From: Chlorokybus atmophyticus
Taxonomy: Eukaryota; Plantae; Mesostigma and Chlorokybus algae
Length of the DNA stretch: 64,000 nt
Reading direction: 5' to 3'
Assembly: GCA_009103225.1 (NCBI GenBank)
Contig: RHPI01001037.1
Span: 558,001 to 622,000 of the forward strand
How positions within the stretch are numbered: position 1 is the first letter of the stretch; each line of letters begins with the position of its first letter. The notes under the pieces are model-generated. The model was not told the origin of the DNA. It did not search any database and saw only the letters and a program-made list of their open reading frames with translations. This document shows positions 33,967 to 46,800 of this stretch, piece after piece. Position numbers and translations under genes: made by a program.

Positions 33967-36213
33967 AGTATCATCATTTGTGGAGTGGCCATTGCCCCTC
34001 GCGCATCTACGACGCAGAAGAAAACTCATCGCACCGCGCACCTCCATAACAGGTACCCATGTCAACCCATTGGCATGGACACTGATTTTGTACCTCAAGC
34101 TGCATGGACCAGCTGTAAGCAGCGAGTTTCATGGAGTTTGCTATTGCAGGTACTCTCCCGGTTGAAGGACCGACCAGGCGACTTGTACATGTGCAAAGCT
34201 GCAGCCTAACCGGTATGATCACCAGCGCCAGAGTGCTTGAGAGAAGTGAGCGGACACATCACAAACTACTGTTTCCAAAAACCTGCATACCCCAGCATGC
34301 AGTGGGTATACATGCAGTGCATATGGGCGCTAGGCAGGTCATATCAGTTGCTTCTACATTTGACATCTCTTGCAGTTCAGGGTATCCAGATGCAGGTGGT
34401 GTTATTGCACTGTAGTACACTCTGATTGGGAGTGTGGATGTGTTTCGGGGTCATGGCGCCCATGCACATGTGCCAACGCAACATCATAAATTGTCAGCCA
34501 TGCAAGCGTGCAGCAAAGCACTCTGCTGCATACACCAACCCCACCACCCAATCCAACCCAACCCGACCCTAACCAGAACATGCACTGCACAAGAGCACAA
34601 GAGCACATGAGCGGTACAAGCCAAGTGCCAGCAGCACTGTGCGCACAGCACTGCAGACGTGGACTGCGAGGGTGCATGCAGCACCGCACCGCAAACAGCG
34701 ACGCAGCAAGCAACAGAAGCGCAGGGAGGCGGAGGGGGAGGAGAGGGCGAGGCAGTCGTCGTCGCTGCTGCTCATGTGCATGTTGTTTGACACTGACGAC
34801 TAACCAAGCCCATGTGGCCAGGTACTACATGCATGTACTGACTGCTATGGCAAACGGGGTGTTGGTAGAGTAGGTAAAGAAGTTAGCTAGTGAGAGTAGC
34901 CCGGTGGTCTACATGAACGGTGTTGACTGCATGTGGACGTGATGCTGGGTCCATTGCATGTGTTGTGCATGTGCATACGTGTTGCGCATCTTCTGTACAA
35001 CACATATGCACTATGCGACCGCAGTAGCACCATTAGCATTTGTGGTCAGCTGACCAGCGCAATGTGCCATTTGCATGCAGCAACAGGCACTGGAATTGCC
35101 TCCTTGTTGTATGGGAGGACTGGTGATGTGGTCTGCATACAAGAAGGTAATTTACAATCTGCATGGTCGTGACCAAAGAAGTTGAAGCTGTGACTTCCAC
35201 ATGGTTATCAGCGTGGCACTAACACCCCAAGCGCTGGTGCATTGCCATAAATTGCAACCAAGGATACAAGTAACGAAATAACTAAATGGATAAATGAGAC
35301 AACAGAGAAAGGATCAACAATGTGTGTGCTCAACACAAACAATAGCATACAGCACTGTACACGGTGGTTATGTGGACAACCTCAGCTTGTTGCGCGACGC
35401 ACAACTCAGCACTCTGGATTAGAGACCTGGTTTTGGTGCGCTTCACTACCCATTTGCGTCAGCGCATTTAGTCGCGCACAGGCGAAAGCAATACTGACAA
35501 TGGGCAGCATATACTACACCACTCCATCCATTGCGGCTGCACCAACCTTGCAAGAAGATGTGGCCTCACTTACCTACTACTCCGCTACCTAGGGTGTGAT
35601 TGTGGCGTCTAGGGTTGTACTTGAAATCCACATGGTTTTTTCTACATCTCTCCTTATATCATATCCCAAGGTCCCAAGGTCGCAAGGTCAAAGCAATAAC
35701 GCTAACCAAGCAACACAAGCCCAATACAACACTAATGCAACCGCACATCACAGCAACTCAACTACGCATGCTCGCATACATCTGCTGCGTACGCCTCACG
35801 CCAACCACGAGGCCTGTCTCATGGCACATACACCCTTGTCTCTTGCTGCTGGTGCATGCTGTTGTGCGTATGGTAAGCAACATTTCGACCATTATTCAAG
35901 GTGCACTTGTTCACGACATCTTCAAACTATGAAGTTGGCATATGTAAGTACAAACGCAACTAGCTACTCTAAACGTGCCCATCACGATCCTATTTACAGA
36001 ACGGTTGACAAGGTATAGAATCCCCTGATTTACACAGGGAGAACTATGCAGCACACAGAGTGACGGACTGTGCGCTTGACATGGTACCCCGCCCTGTCGA
36101 CAGCAATGGTGGACCTCGAGCGCAAGAAGACTCATGCACAAGCATTGGAAGCCTTGGAGCTATGGTTGCTTTCGCAAAGTCCGCCACTTTGCATGTGGAG
36201 GACATGAGAGCAG

Positions 36214-37805
36214 TCAAGCTGGCATGGGCTCCTCCAACTGCCGAGCTGCTGAGCGCGTGGAGGTATCTGAACCACATGTTGTGCTGTCAGCTTCAATTGA
36301 TGTGATAAATAAGAAAGTCGGCCCTGCCCACATGCAAGAACTCAGCCCCACCTTTTGAGCCACCAGTATCTGCTGTCGGCTGTGCGGGAATAGGCTCTTC
36401 TAGCTGAGCGTTTATAGGCTTGCTGGCGGGTTCTAGCTGACCTGAGGAGGGCAGCGGATCTGCGGGCACTTCCGGCAGCTCTTCCTGCAGCATCTGCGCA
36501 GCACAAATGCAGGTGAGACCGATATCTTTGCAAGCCCATACACGGGCCAGGCTTGCCACAACACAATTAGCAGTGGCGGCACACCTTGTGCGCAACATGT
36601 TGCTTTGCGCACGTGTAAATAACAGACAGCACAACTCAATCTGCCTGCGGAACGGCGTGCGCTCCAGGACACCAGCATGTACATTACACAACACCAACAC
36701 ATGCCACTGACCTGCTCTTCTAACTTGTCCAGCTCTTCCTGCGCAGCCTCTTCGTCCTCCGCCGTCAGGCTTTGGCTCAACACTTGATTGATCTCCTGCA
36801 ATGGGCGAAAAGGCGATCCGCCGGATCCGCTGCATGAGTCCCCCGGAACAGCAGCAGAGCAAGGCACATGGACATGATGTTGTGAGCGCTGCCAGCAGCA
36901 GCATTGCCATGCTGCGTGCGTGACGGCTGCTCTACTGTGATTAACACAAGCAGTGACACTGGACACAACCATAATCCCAGACCAACACTGCGACGTACAT
37001 CCTGATAGGCTTTCGCTTCTGCAGACTCCTCAGCCAGCTTGCGGACATCGTCGATGTTGATCTCCTTCTGAATCTTCTGTATCTCAGCGTGCCCAGTCTT
37101 CAGTTGCTCAAAGACCTCCTTTTGTCTCGACGATATCTCAATGTTGCCCAACTGTTTATATGTATAGCACTTAGAAGGGATACCAGTTGCATGTTCGCAA
37201 ACACTCGTGCCGCACCTATCGCAACACAAGCAACCATAACAGTCAAGGAAAAACCTCTCACCATCTCCTCAACATTCAATATCCAAGCATCCACTTTGAT
37301 CAGCATCTGCTCTTGTAAGCGCTTCTTCTTGAGCGCCAGCAGGGCGCGATCGCGCTTCTTCTCTGCTACAAGCTGCTTTGCAACCTCCGCTTCACGCACA
37401 ATCACAGCTTCGACCTGCATGACAATAACCTGTGAGCATGCATGCAGGTGTAAGGCTGTGAACCTGTCACGCATACGCAATGGACATCCTGCATTGCTGC
37501 ATATGGCAAGACTGGCATGCATGCATGAATGCAGGCAGACGTAAGCATGTAAAGCCCTGTCTAAAAAGGAGGAAAGGGGCAACTGAGACACAAGCCCACG
37601 ATTATTGAGGGCAACAAGAACTGCTTCATGCATTCAATGTCGAACGACCACACCATTGTACGCGTACGCTCACGCTCACGCTGCTCACCCTTTTTTGGTA
37701 TTCCGTCAGCTTGCGCTTCTGCGTCTTCAAGGACAGGATGGCCCTGTCTGTGTCGGTGATCTTCTTGGCGCCGCCCCCCTTGGGCTTGCCAAACAGATTG
37801 CCCAT
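36214..37805 (-). CDS. VPS20: ESCRT-III subunit VPS20 (CHMP6/SNF7 family), 6 exons
   Basis: Myristoylation-type start [43 protein letters not shown], and the C-terminal exon ...RQLEEPMPA* (stop 36216-36214). Confidence 0.95.
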
Positions 37806-38309
37806 AGCACAACGCTGTGAGACAAACAACCGGCTACTGTGCTCAAGTCTCAGGCTACTGATGCGTGCCAAAGCTTTCCTCCAAGCTCAATCAGCACGCC
37901 GTCCAGATGAGGGGCGCAGGAGGCCAAGGTTATCGCCAGTGGTGGGGTGAGCGGCGGTGGGGCCAGCGATGCCGGTGACGTGGGCAACGAAGCGGGCGAC
38001 AAACAGGAGCATCCCACCCACGCCAAGCACCTCAATTACCATCGCCGCCGTCGCCTGAGGCAGCGTGGGCAGCAGCGCCAATGCCGCCGCCGCCCCGCCC
38101 ACCCCCGCCGCTGCCCCCAACCACCACCTCGCCCCTCTGCCCCACCTACCACCCCTTTCCAGCCTTGTAACTGTGTGTATTTGTGATTGAGGTAAGAAGA
38201 AGAGCTCCCTCCCAATGACAAAGACAGCCCTGCTCACACCCTCCTCGCCGCCGCCACCGCCTCCGACAACACCGCCACCTCCTGCTGCCTCTGCGTCAAC
38301 AAACGTTCC

Positions 38310-38318
38310 AAACCCTAA
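38310..38318. promoter_or_regulatory. Telo-box (AAACCCTAA) in the VPS20/NC2beta divergent region
   Basis: Exact motif about 130 bp upstream of the NC2beta ATG. Confidence 0.55.
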
Positions 38319-38446
38319 TCCTAGTCAGCGGCGTCCACGCCCACGTCACCGCCACCGCCACCGCCACCGCCGCTTGGGGGTAGGCGTGGCTAAGTGTCGC
38401 GGCACATGGAGGCGCCGTGAGCAGCTAGGGTCGGCTCAACGCCATT

Positions 38447-39554
38447 GTGGGCGTCGGCATGGAGGACCTGGACGGCGGCATCGCTGGAGCCAAGGAGGAG
38501 GTCGGTCTCCCTAAGGGTGAGTTTTGCAAATGCGTGTCCTTGGAACGAACACACATGGAGATGGTGGGCACGCGCACGCTCTTGAAGCTTGCATTCCTTT
38601 TGTTACCAAATGTAGATTGGGACAACTAGCGAGGTTGCAAGTTGGGAAGAGCGTGACTGATGGTGTTGGTGTTTTGTTTGTCTGGTGGTTGCGTGCAGCC
38701 ACAATTGCTAAGGTGATCAAGGAGCTCTTACCTGAAGACGTGAGAGTGGCCAACGACACGAGGGACATCATTGCAGAGTGCTGCGTAGGTAACTTGTATT
38801 GCACAACACCAGCAGTACTGTGCTGTGATATGCTCTTGTCGTAAATACTGATCACCAGGCAGACTGAGATTGGGTTCAAAACGCCTCATGCATGGCGCAC
38901 AATGCCATTGTTGTAACATGCACGCTCTCTCTCTTCATGCACGCTGGCAACATGCTGTGTTGACATTAATGAGTGCATCTTTGGAGGGCTTGCACGCTTA
39001 AGCCAGCATTGATAACAACTAAAGTGTATCCCTTGTGTAGAGTTCATAAACCTGTTAGCATCTGAAGCCAATGAGATCTGCGCGAGGGAGGACAAGCGCA
39101 CGATTGCACCCGAGCATGTGCTCAAGGCTTTAGAGGTGAGGTGACTGTTGCAGGGGTCGGGTTGCAAATACGCCTGCATGCATGTTGTGTGTTGCAGCAG
39201 CACAAGTTGTTGACGTGAAGTAGTCCCTGAACAACGTGTGTCATCGCAGTCTTTAGGGTTCAATGAGTATCTTGAGGAGGTGAATGCCGCTTATGAACAG
39301 CACAAGGCAGAGGCGCTGGTGAGGACAGTGTGTTTTCCACTCATTGCGCAGAAGCAAGCATAACTGTATCATTCATCTCGTTGCAACACAACTTGTGTGG
39401 TGTGCAGGACTCCCCACGTGCACGCTTCAGCTCGCCGACCGGGATGACAGAAGAGGAGGCTATTGCGGCACAACAGCGCATGTTTGCAGAGGCTCGCGCT
39501 CGCATGCGCAGCAACCTCAATCCCTACGCTGGCGATTCCCCGAAACCACCTTAA
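38447..39554 (+). CDS. DR1: NC2beta/Dr1 histone-fold transcription repressor, 5 exons
   Basis: EEVGLPK|ATIAKVIKELLPEDVRVANDTRDIIAECCV|EFINLLASEANEICAREDKRTIAPEHVLKALE|SLGFNEYLEEV...|...GMTEEEAIAAQQRMFAEARARM. Confidence 0.95.
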
Positions 39555-40871
39555 TGGTGCAACCAACTGCCCTCCCTACGCACCTGTCACCATAAGCCAC
39601 CACACTTTCTCGTTGTGTTGTAGCAATCGAACTGTGTATAAGCTTGTACCTTATGGCCTGCAGCACACATCGCTGCAGTGGATCTGGTTTGGGATGTTCT
39701 GCGATATCCTTACACCGCTTCATATACAGCCTGCCGGTGCACATTGCATAGGCTGAAATGCACATGGTCCATATATCAAGTTGTAGGCATCAACAATGGG
39801 ATCTAGGGCAACTCGTGGAACCTTACCGTACAAGGTCATACTGGTGATGGAGCAGCCAAACATGGACTAAGGTGGTGGGCACAGTACCCAAGGTACTGCA
39901 CGGGCAAAGCAAAGTTCATGACGCCAATCTGGCGACTACAATGTGTCAGCTTCTGCATGTGGTGGTACATGGCAGTGTCGCCTTGGTATGTGTAGATTCT
40001 GGTGATAACACCTGTGATGCAGAATGCAACTCTGAGTTCAAGTTCAGCCACGTCACTGGACAGCAAGTCCTGCACGACACAGCACAGCACAGCACAGCCC
40101 TGCCTCCGCCCCCGCCCTACTGTCTTGCTGATGCTGCTGTTGTCCTGCTCTCGGTGAAGACTACTACCTGTCTAATGCCCGCCACTGCGTGACCACAGGT
40201 GGTTCAAGGCTCACTGCTGCCTTGCCTGCCCTGCCTTGCCCGCTCAACCACCCTCACCCTCAGCCCTTGCACGCACTTAGACACGCACTAACAGCATCTA
40301 GCTAGCCCTGCCCCTGCTTTAATTCCATTGCCCGCTTGCTGGCTGTTGTGCTGGTCATGCTTGCCTATTCCTACTGTCCATGTATTGAGTGTTTGAGTGC
40401 ACATTGCATCAGCAACACTTGGAAAGCTCATACATTAAGCTTAACACAACCGATTGCAGATCGTAGAGCAAGCGGCACAAATTCCGTCCCAATGAGCATC
40501 TGCGTAGTGGTGTGCTTTGCACGTGACAAGGGAATGCGTACTAGCGTGCGGCCCACACTCTTCGCTCAGTCCATGTACGCACCATGATTCGATCAGTGCG
40601 AGGTGCTGAAATGGTCATAACATGATACTGTGGCATGGCATAAACTGAACTGTAGCTTGTGGGTTTGACACAACCGGACCATTTCACATCGAAATAATCA
40701 ACATGTACAAACTTTGCACTGTGTTGTTGGTCTAACTTGCGCTTGCAATCCCAATGGCAGCGCAATGCTATACAATGCATGGTAGCCAGCAAGTTGCTGC
40801 CTAGCCTCTGCAATCTACCGGTTTTCTAGTACTCTACACTACACTACACTACTGTTCATGGTATACCACAC

Positions 40872-43800
40872 TCAAAACCAAGGATGCCAAGTGGGCTCCA
40901 TCATGCACAGGTTCTTGGGGCTGAGTGCTGCCTCCACAAGCTCACTCACACTCCGCTGTATAGACCGCAACTGCTGCCCCTCCTGCGCATCACAGGAGTT
41001 GAAGTTGCATCATAGCAGAATAGAGAAACAGAAGAATCCACATGTAACCCGGACTAAGTCATTCCTTGAGCCTTGTCAGTATATGCTGTCATGACACTCT
41101 GTGCACTTGCCTCATCCAGTTGCTCCTGTGGAGCGATGGACTTGATGCGCTGCTCAACGGGCTCCAGGTTGGCCTGCACCTTCAAGCGGAGCTCCCTGGG
41201 TGGCATGTACGCGGAGCTGGCGGTCGGGGTCACGCCCGGTTGCCGACGTGCCGACCACGCTATGAGCTCGTCGCGGAAGTGCATGGCAAGATAGTGTTGC
41301 ACATTCGTCTGCAAGCACACATGAATGATGAAGCAAACGTGAAGCAGCAAAGCCAATGAACAGAACCAAATACAGGTACAGTGAGGTACCTGTGGGTCAA
41401 GCACTGCCTGTGCAGCCGCAGCAATAGATGCAGTAAACATGCCTTCAACGCCAAATGGCGTGAAGAACGTACGCAAGTTGCGTGTGAGCCTGAACGGCAC
41501 GGATTCGTTGAGATCAACCACACCTGACGAATCGTACAGCGGGTGGAAGTCCATCTGCAGGACTTTGCCGGTGTTCTTCGCGAACAGGATCTTGTTGGGT
41601 GCCCGCCCGCCGATGCGCATCGTGTACGACATGAAGCCGGAAAGCGCCATTTGAGAGGCCAGACTCTTCTTGAAGGTCCACAGGTGGTTGCACGTGGGCA
41701 ACGTCTTGTACATGTACTGGCTGAACACGTTCTCTGACACGTAGTTGGCGGTGATGTCGGAGTACGACTGCTGCCGCAGCTTCAGCAGCTGCTCACCGGA
41801 CAACTGATTCATGAACGCCTCATTCAAGTTCTCCTTAAACAGCGTGATGGGATAGTCAGCCTCGCGATCGTAGCGCGCGCAGTTGATCTCGTACACCTCA
41901 CCAAACGTGCAGTACGTTGGATCATCTTCAACAAGGCGAACCTGCATAGGCATGGCAAAAGGCATGAGACCGTTATACTGCCTGAGCAAAGGTGGTTAAC
42001 TGTTGCGTCTATGCCTTGGCCACAAACTGGCCGCAATGCAGACAACGACCCAACCATGACAATCAATGTTACCTGAGGCCAGACAGGGATGATGACCGGG
42101 ACGTGGAAGAGTAGGTGCCTGCGGCGGGTCTCCTTGTGCTTGTCCAGGAACCTGTTGCATATGCGGAAGAGCTGCGCCATGCGTTCGTCGCTGCGGGCGT
42201 TCTGCGTCAGGGACGTCTGCACCAGGAAGTTGCGCTCGCTGCCATCGCTGCCAACCATGGTGATGCGGCGATGGCTGCTGCCGTGACGACGAACAATGGG
42301 GACGTCCGCACCCATCCTCTCAAGCTTGACAATGTGTTCTGGCTGTTGAAACTGCACAACACCACCACATGATGATCATTGATGCATCCAGCTGGCAGCA
42401 GCATGCCACGAACACGCTGAGCAACATACCAAGTCACTGTAGTATTGGCCAGGGATCTCCACTTCCATTACATTGCATTCGCGCAGGAGTTTGCTCTCGT
42501 CTTCCAACCTCAACGCGGCGGGCAGCCTGTCCTCGACATTGGTTTGCAGCACACCTTTCCAGTACTTCAAGCGTTCGGTAAGCGCTCCGAGCGTGGCGGG
42601 AAAGGTTGCGCTCTCCGGGTTGAGGTCAGACTCAAAGTCACGCTTGTACTCGTTAACGAAATCGCCGTGCTTGCTGACGCTGTCGGATGAGAAGCACGCC
42701 ATGCACACGTTCCCGAGCTCCTTCTTCAGACTCATCGGCACCTCGCTCGTGGTCGCAGCAGGGTACTTGTAACAGCGGTGCAGCAGCGCGTGCAGCACGG
42801 CCAACAGTCTCTCCTCTGGAAGGGGAACAAACTTGGTGCCAATCTCAGTCAACAACTGCTCGAGCTCCTGAGCGAGGTTGCCATGCTTGGTCCTCAGTGT
42901 TTCCATAACCTGAGTGTGCACACACACGCATGTGAGGTGAGCTCTGCGCAGACTGGCTGAAACCAATGTTGTGCCGGACAAACCTCTTTCGCTGCTTCAA
43001 AAGCTGCAGCAGGGGAGAACGGTATGTGCTTAGCGGAGGATGAAACACCCATGTCTCCACTGAGGGCATTGTCGGCCTCGGTACCCGGTTGAGCTGGGAC
43101 AGCGGGAGACTCCGGAGTCTTCACCTGCATCCGCTCGTTACTTGCGTGGCCAACACTATGCAAAACCTTCACGTGACCAGGAGCGAACATGACAGCCGCA
43201 GCGCTCACCAGATGACACCTCAACCAGGGAGCAGCATTACCTGCGGCGCTGTAGACCCCTGCCCATGTTGTTGTTGTTGTTGGGGGTTTTGCATGCCCTG
43301 GCGAGCAACCGCCGGACGAGCTCCTCCTACCTCATTGCGACCAAGGTCCCTGCGCTCCAGCAGGTACGTGCGCAGCAGGAAGTATACTGCCTGGGGATAC
43401 TGCAGCGCCAGGCGGACGAGGACGGCCTTCACGTGGGGCGCCTCGGCCCGCTGCAGCGACATCAGCAGCTGCGAGATCCACGGCAGCCAGCACCACACCG
43501 GCAGGGCCTCGCCAAACTTGTCCAGCACGCGCCCAACCGTGCCGGCCTCGTTCTCAAATGAGAGGAGGTACAGGACGCGCGGGATGTAACGGATGCCTGT
43601 GGGGCTCGAACAGGCAAGACTCTGCACAGTCCAGTGGCGATTAGATTGAACAATTTACTTGCAAGCGACCATAACACCATTGCGACATGGTTTTTACCCG
43701 CAAGTAGCAGCTGACAGCATACTCCAGCCACACTTGCTCGTTGGTGCTCTGAAAGACTTCATCGCAGTAGGCACCCCAGCTGACCCATCCCTTAGCGCTG

Positions 43801-46800
43801 TTCTTGTTCAGCGCGATGCTAGTGGAGAATGCCTGGTTCGCAGCGTCGCTGTCGCCCATGCGTCGCAGAAACTCCCCCTTGATTCTGAACATCTCGCTCT
43901 TGCACTCCTGCGGAAAGTACTCCAGGTTCGTGGTGTTGATCAGGTTGATGCCCGAGATCAGCTCGCCCTTCATGTCAAGATAAGCTTTGGCTTGTTCTCG
44001 AATCTTCACAAATGCCTCCTGCACACCCGTGCAGCGAGGTCAGGGACGACGAACACACATACCCAGGCTGTGCAGTGCAATTATATGTGAACATTAGCTC
44101 ATCGCACCTGAACCTCCATAGTCAGGAATCCATACATCTTGTTGAGGACCTGCACGCACACTTCTGCAAGGCCTTGTTTGCGGCCAATGGTAGCGAGCTT
44201 GTTGACGCTCCAGGCCTTGTCCTTGTAACCAAGCTGATGCAGCTTGGGGTTGATCTCAGCATAGCTTCTGAAGGCGTTAATGATCTCATTGTACATGTGG
44301 TTGCGCCATATGACGAGGTCGTTCCACACGCCAAAGTCGTCCCACTTGTTCGGCAGGCGCAGGCGCCACAGCTCCAGGATGTTCTTCAGCTCGCTATAGT
44401 TCTGCGGCTGCGCTGGCACGCCAGCTGCCTGCTGAGCAGCCTGTCTTGTACCGTTGGCAATCTCCATGAGGATGCGCGTTGATTCCTATGACAGACGGGT
44501 CAGTGTGGGACGTGTACACCACAAGATACACTACCTACTATGCAGATGACATACGCACTCTGCCCAAAAAGCCGCATCACATGCTGCAGTGGTGCAGGTG
44601 GACCCTTACAAGCTGCTGTGTGATGATACAAAGCAGTGCAGACTACGCAAGCGCATCAATCAAGTAATGGAGACCACATGGCAAGTTTCGCTGAAGGCAG
44701 GTGAGATCATGCAGTACCTGCAGCTCGACAAGTGGTTGTGCGGCTTGCAGGAGAGGGATGTGCGACTGAACAGCAAGCTCCGGTAGCTGCCACCATTTGT
44801 GCAAAGCTACAGCGACACCCTGGCCTACAGCACGATCCCCATCCTGTAAAAAATTGCACATGTGAGCGCCTTTACAACAGGCCTTCACATGTGCCAGGCA
44901 TCATGCAATGCTGTGACACATGCAAGGCATAACGTATAGCTGCTTGTGAAAAGCAATGGCGATGTCAAAGTATACCACCAGCCTACCTGTATGTTGCCAT
45001 CATGCAGCGCAACATATGCCTGCACTGAGCGCAGCCGTATGCTTTCCTCCACCTGGCAGAGGACAACATTAGTGCTGAGGTCGCGAGCACGATTGTATTG
45101 GGCTGAACAGACCAAACAGCTTTGCTCATCATGGGCTGTTCTCACCTGCACCTTTGGTAGGACCGAGTCCTTCAGCCCTTGCCAATCGGTGGGTTGCAGC
45201 TTCCAAAGACTGTCCAGCATCAAGTCGTAATGCTCCACGCTCTTGCCAAAGTCGGCCAGGAGGTCCCACTGGCCCAGCTCTCTGGCGCAGCGAAGCCACT
45301 GCTCCTCCCACAGGCATATCTCCTGCTTGCTGACGGACGTGACCAGGCCGGTCTGCTGTGCCTGCTGCATACCTCTGAAGAACACATCCTGGCCAAGCGC
45401 GCAAGTTGTCAGCCGGTAGAGGATCAAGATGCATGCACAATATGGTACATGATACCGGGGAGCTTTGGACAGCATTTGATAAGTTGTGCAACAACACCTG
45501 TGCTCGCTGCCAGTAGCCGTGTTGCACCAGAGAAAGACCGGCTCGAGTTTCTTCTGTTTGGCAACGGCGCTTCCACAGCCCGCACAGGACATCATCCTCG
45601 TTCAGCAGCCGGTAAAGCTCTGCGAGCGCATCGAAGCATCGCACTTCTTGCGGGAACAGGAGCACGTGGCTTTCAAGCAAGGGGATCGCAATGTGCCAAG
45701 CGTTGTAGGTTTTGCCCAGGAACTTGATGAGCTCGCTTGGAATCTTCGGCTGAGGTTGGCTGAGTGAGATGCCCTCCAGTAATGCCTGCACCACGTTTGG
45801 CCGCTTTTCCTTCTGCTTGTCATGGTACTCGCGAGACAGCAGGCCGATCATCGGCTTTGCCAACGTAATCTGCAGCATACAGAGTGCCTGCTGTCAGCAT
45901 AAGCACACAACCTTGAGGAGACGCAATGCCGCACATACAAGGTGGAGCATCTTGAAGGGTGCTAGGTAGTGATGCACATCAAGCGCTTAAAAGCGCACCT
46001 GCTCATCTTTTGACAAGGTAGCCCACACTATCGGAAACACAAGCACCCACATGTGATATGCCACCTGCAACAGCAACCTTGAGCCGTTGTTCATTGCAAT
46101 ATGCTCTGCACAAGTAACATACGCCAAACATGTCATTCGAAATGTTTGCCAAAGGGCCATATGCATCTACCTGAGCGTCCCGATGTGCCAGCTCACGAAG
46201 GGGATGGATCAGATCAGACACCTGCAAGTGCAATGCATAAGCTTAAGCCCGGGCATAGACGCCAACACAGACAGCAAGCAGGACTTCCAGCCACCAGACC
46301 TGACAACGAGACATGCTGTTGACAAAGGCGACATGTTTGTTGACAAGGTTGCGTAGGGCTTCAGGTTGCTGTGCGAGCGCGGCCGGCGTCACTTCATGCG
46401 GCTCAGCTACGATGGGCGGGACGTGCGCAGAGTTTGGTGCGAGTGCAATGTGTTCGTGTTCGACCAGAATTGCTAACAGCAAGTCCAGCCCTTGTTTCAG
46501 CCAGAATGTTCCCGCCAGCGCGCCCCAGTCTTGACCGTTGATGATATACTGCAGCCGCGAGAACAGAGTGCGCCCAATGGAGTCGTTGTACAGCGCGAAG
46601 AATCTGTGCCGAGTGCTGGGGTTGGGTGAGCGCAAACCTAACATGTACACGCGCTCCACCTGATCGACTCAAGTCAGGCCTGGTGATGATGCATACGACC
46701 GTGCTTTCCGAAAGAGTATGCAGATGGTATACAGGTCAATACCTTTTGAAACACCTCCGATCTCATAGCCGGTGGACTGCTGCTATCAGCACACAATTTG

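Noticed and set aside
34400-36000. Possible small genes between GCP2 and VPS20
   Set aside because: There are isolated exon-like pieces but no phase-consistent model or recognisable motif.
39836-40090. 84-aa minus-strand ORF after an AG acceptor
   Set aside because: No start exon or homology identified; it may be 3' UTR sequence.
42369-42420. C/D-box snoRNA-like ATGATGA...CTGA in a TRRAP intron
   Set aside because: It is antisense to the host transcript, with no terminal stem or recognisable guide.
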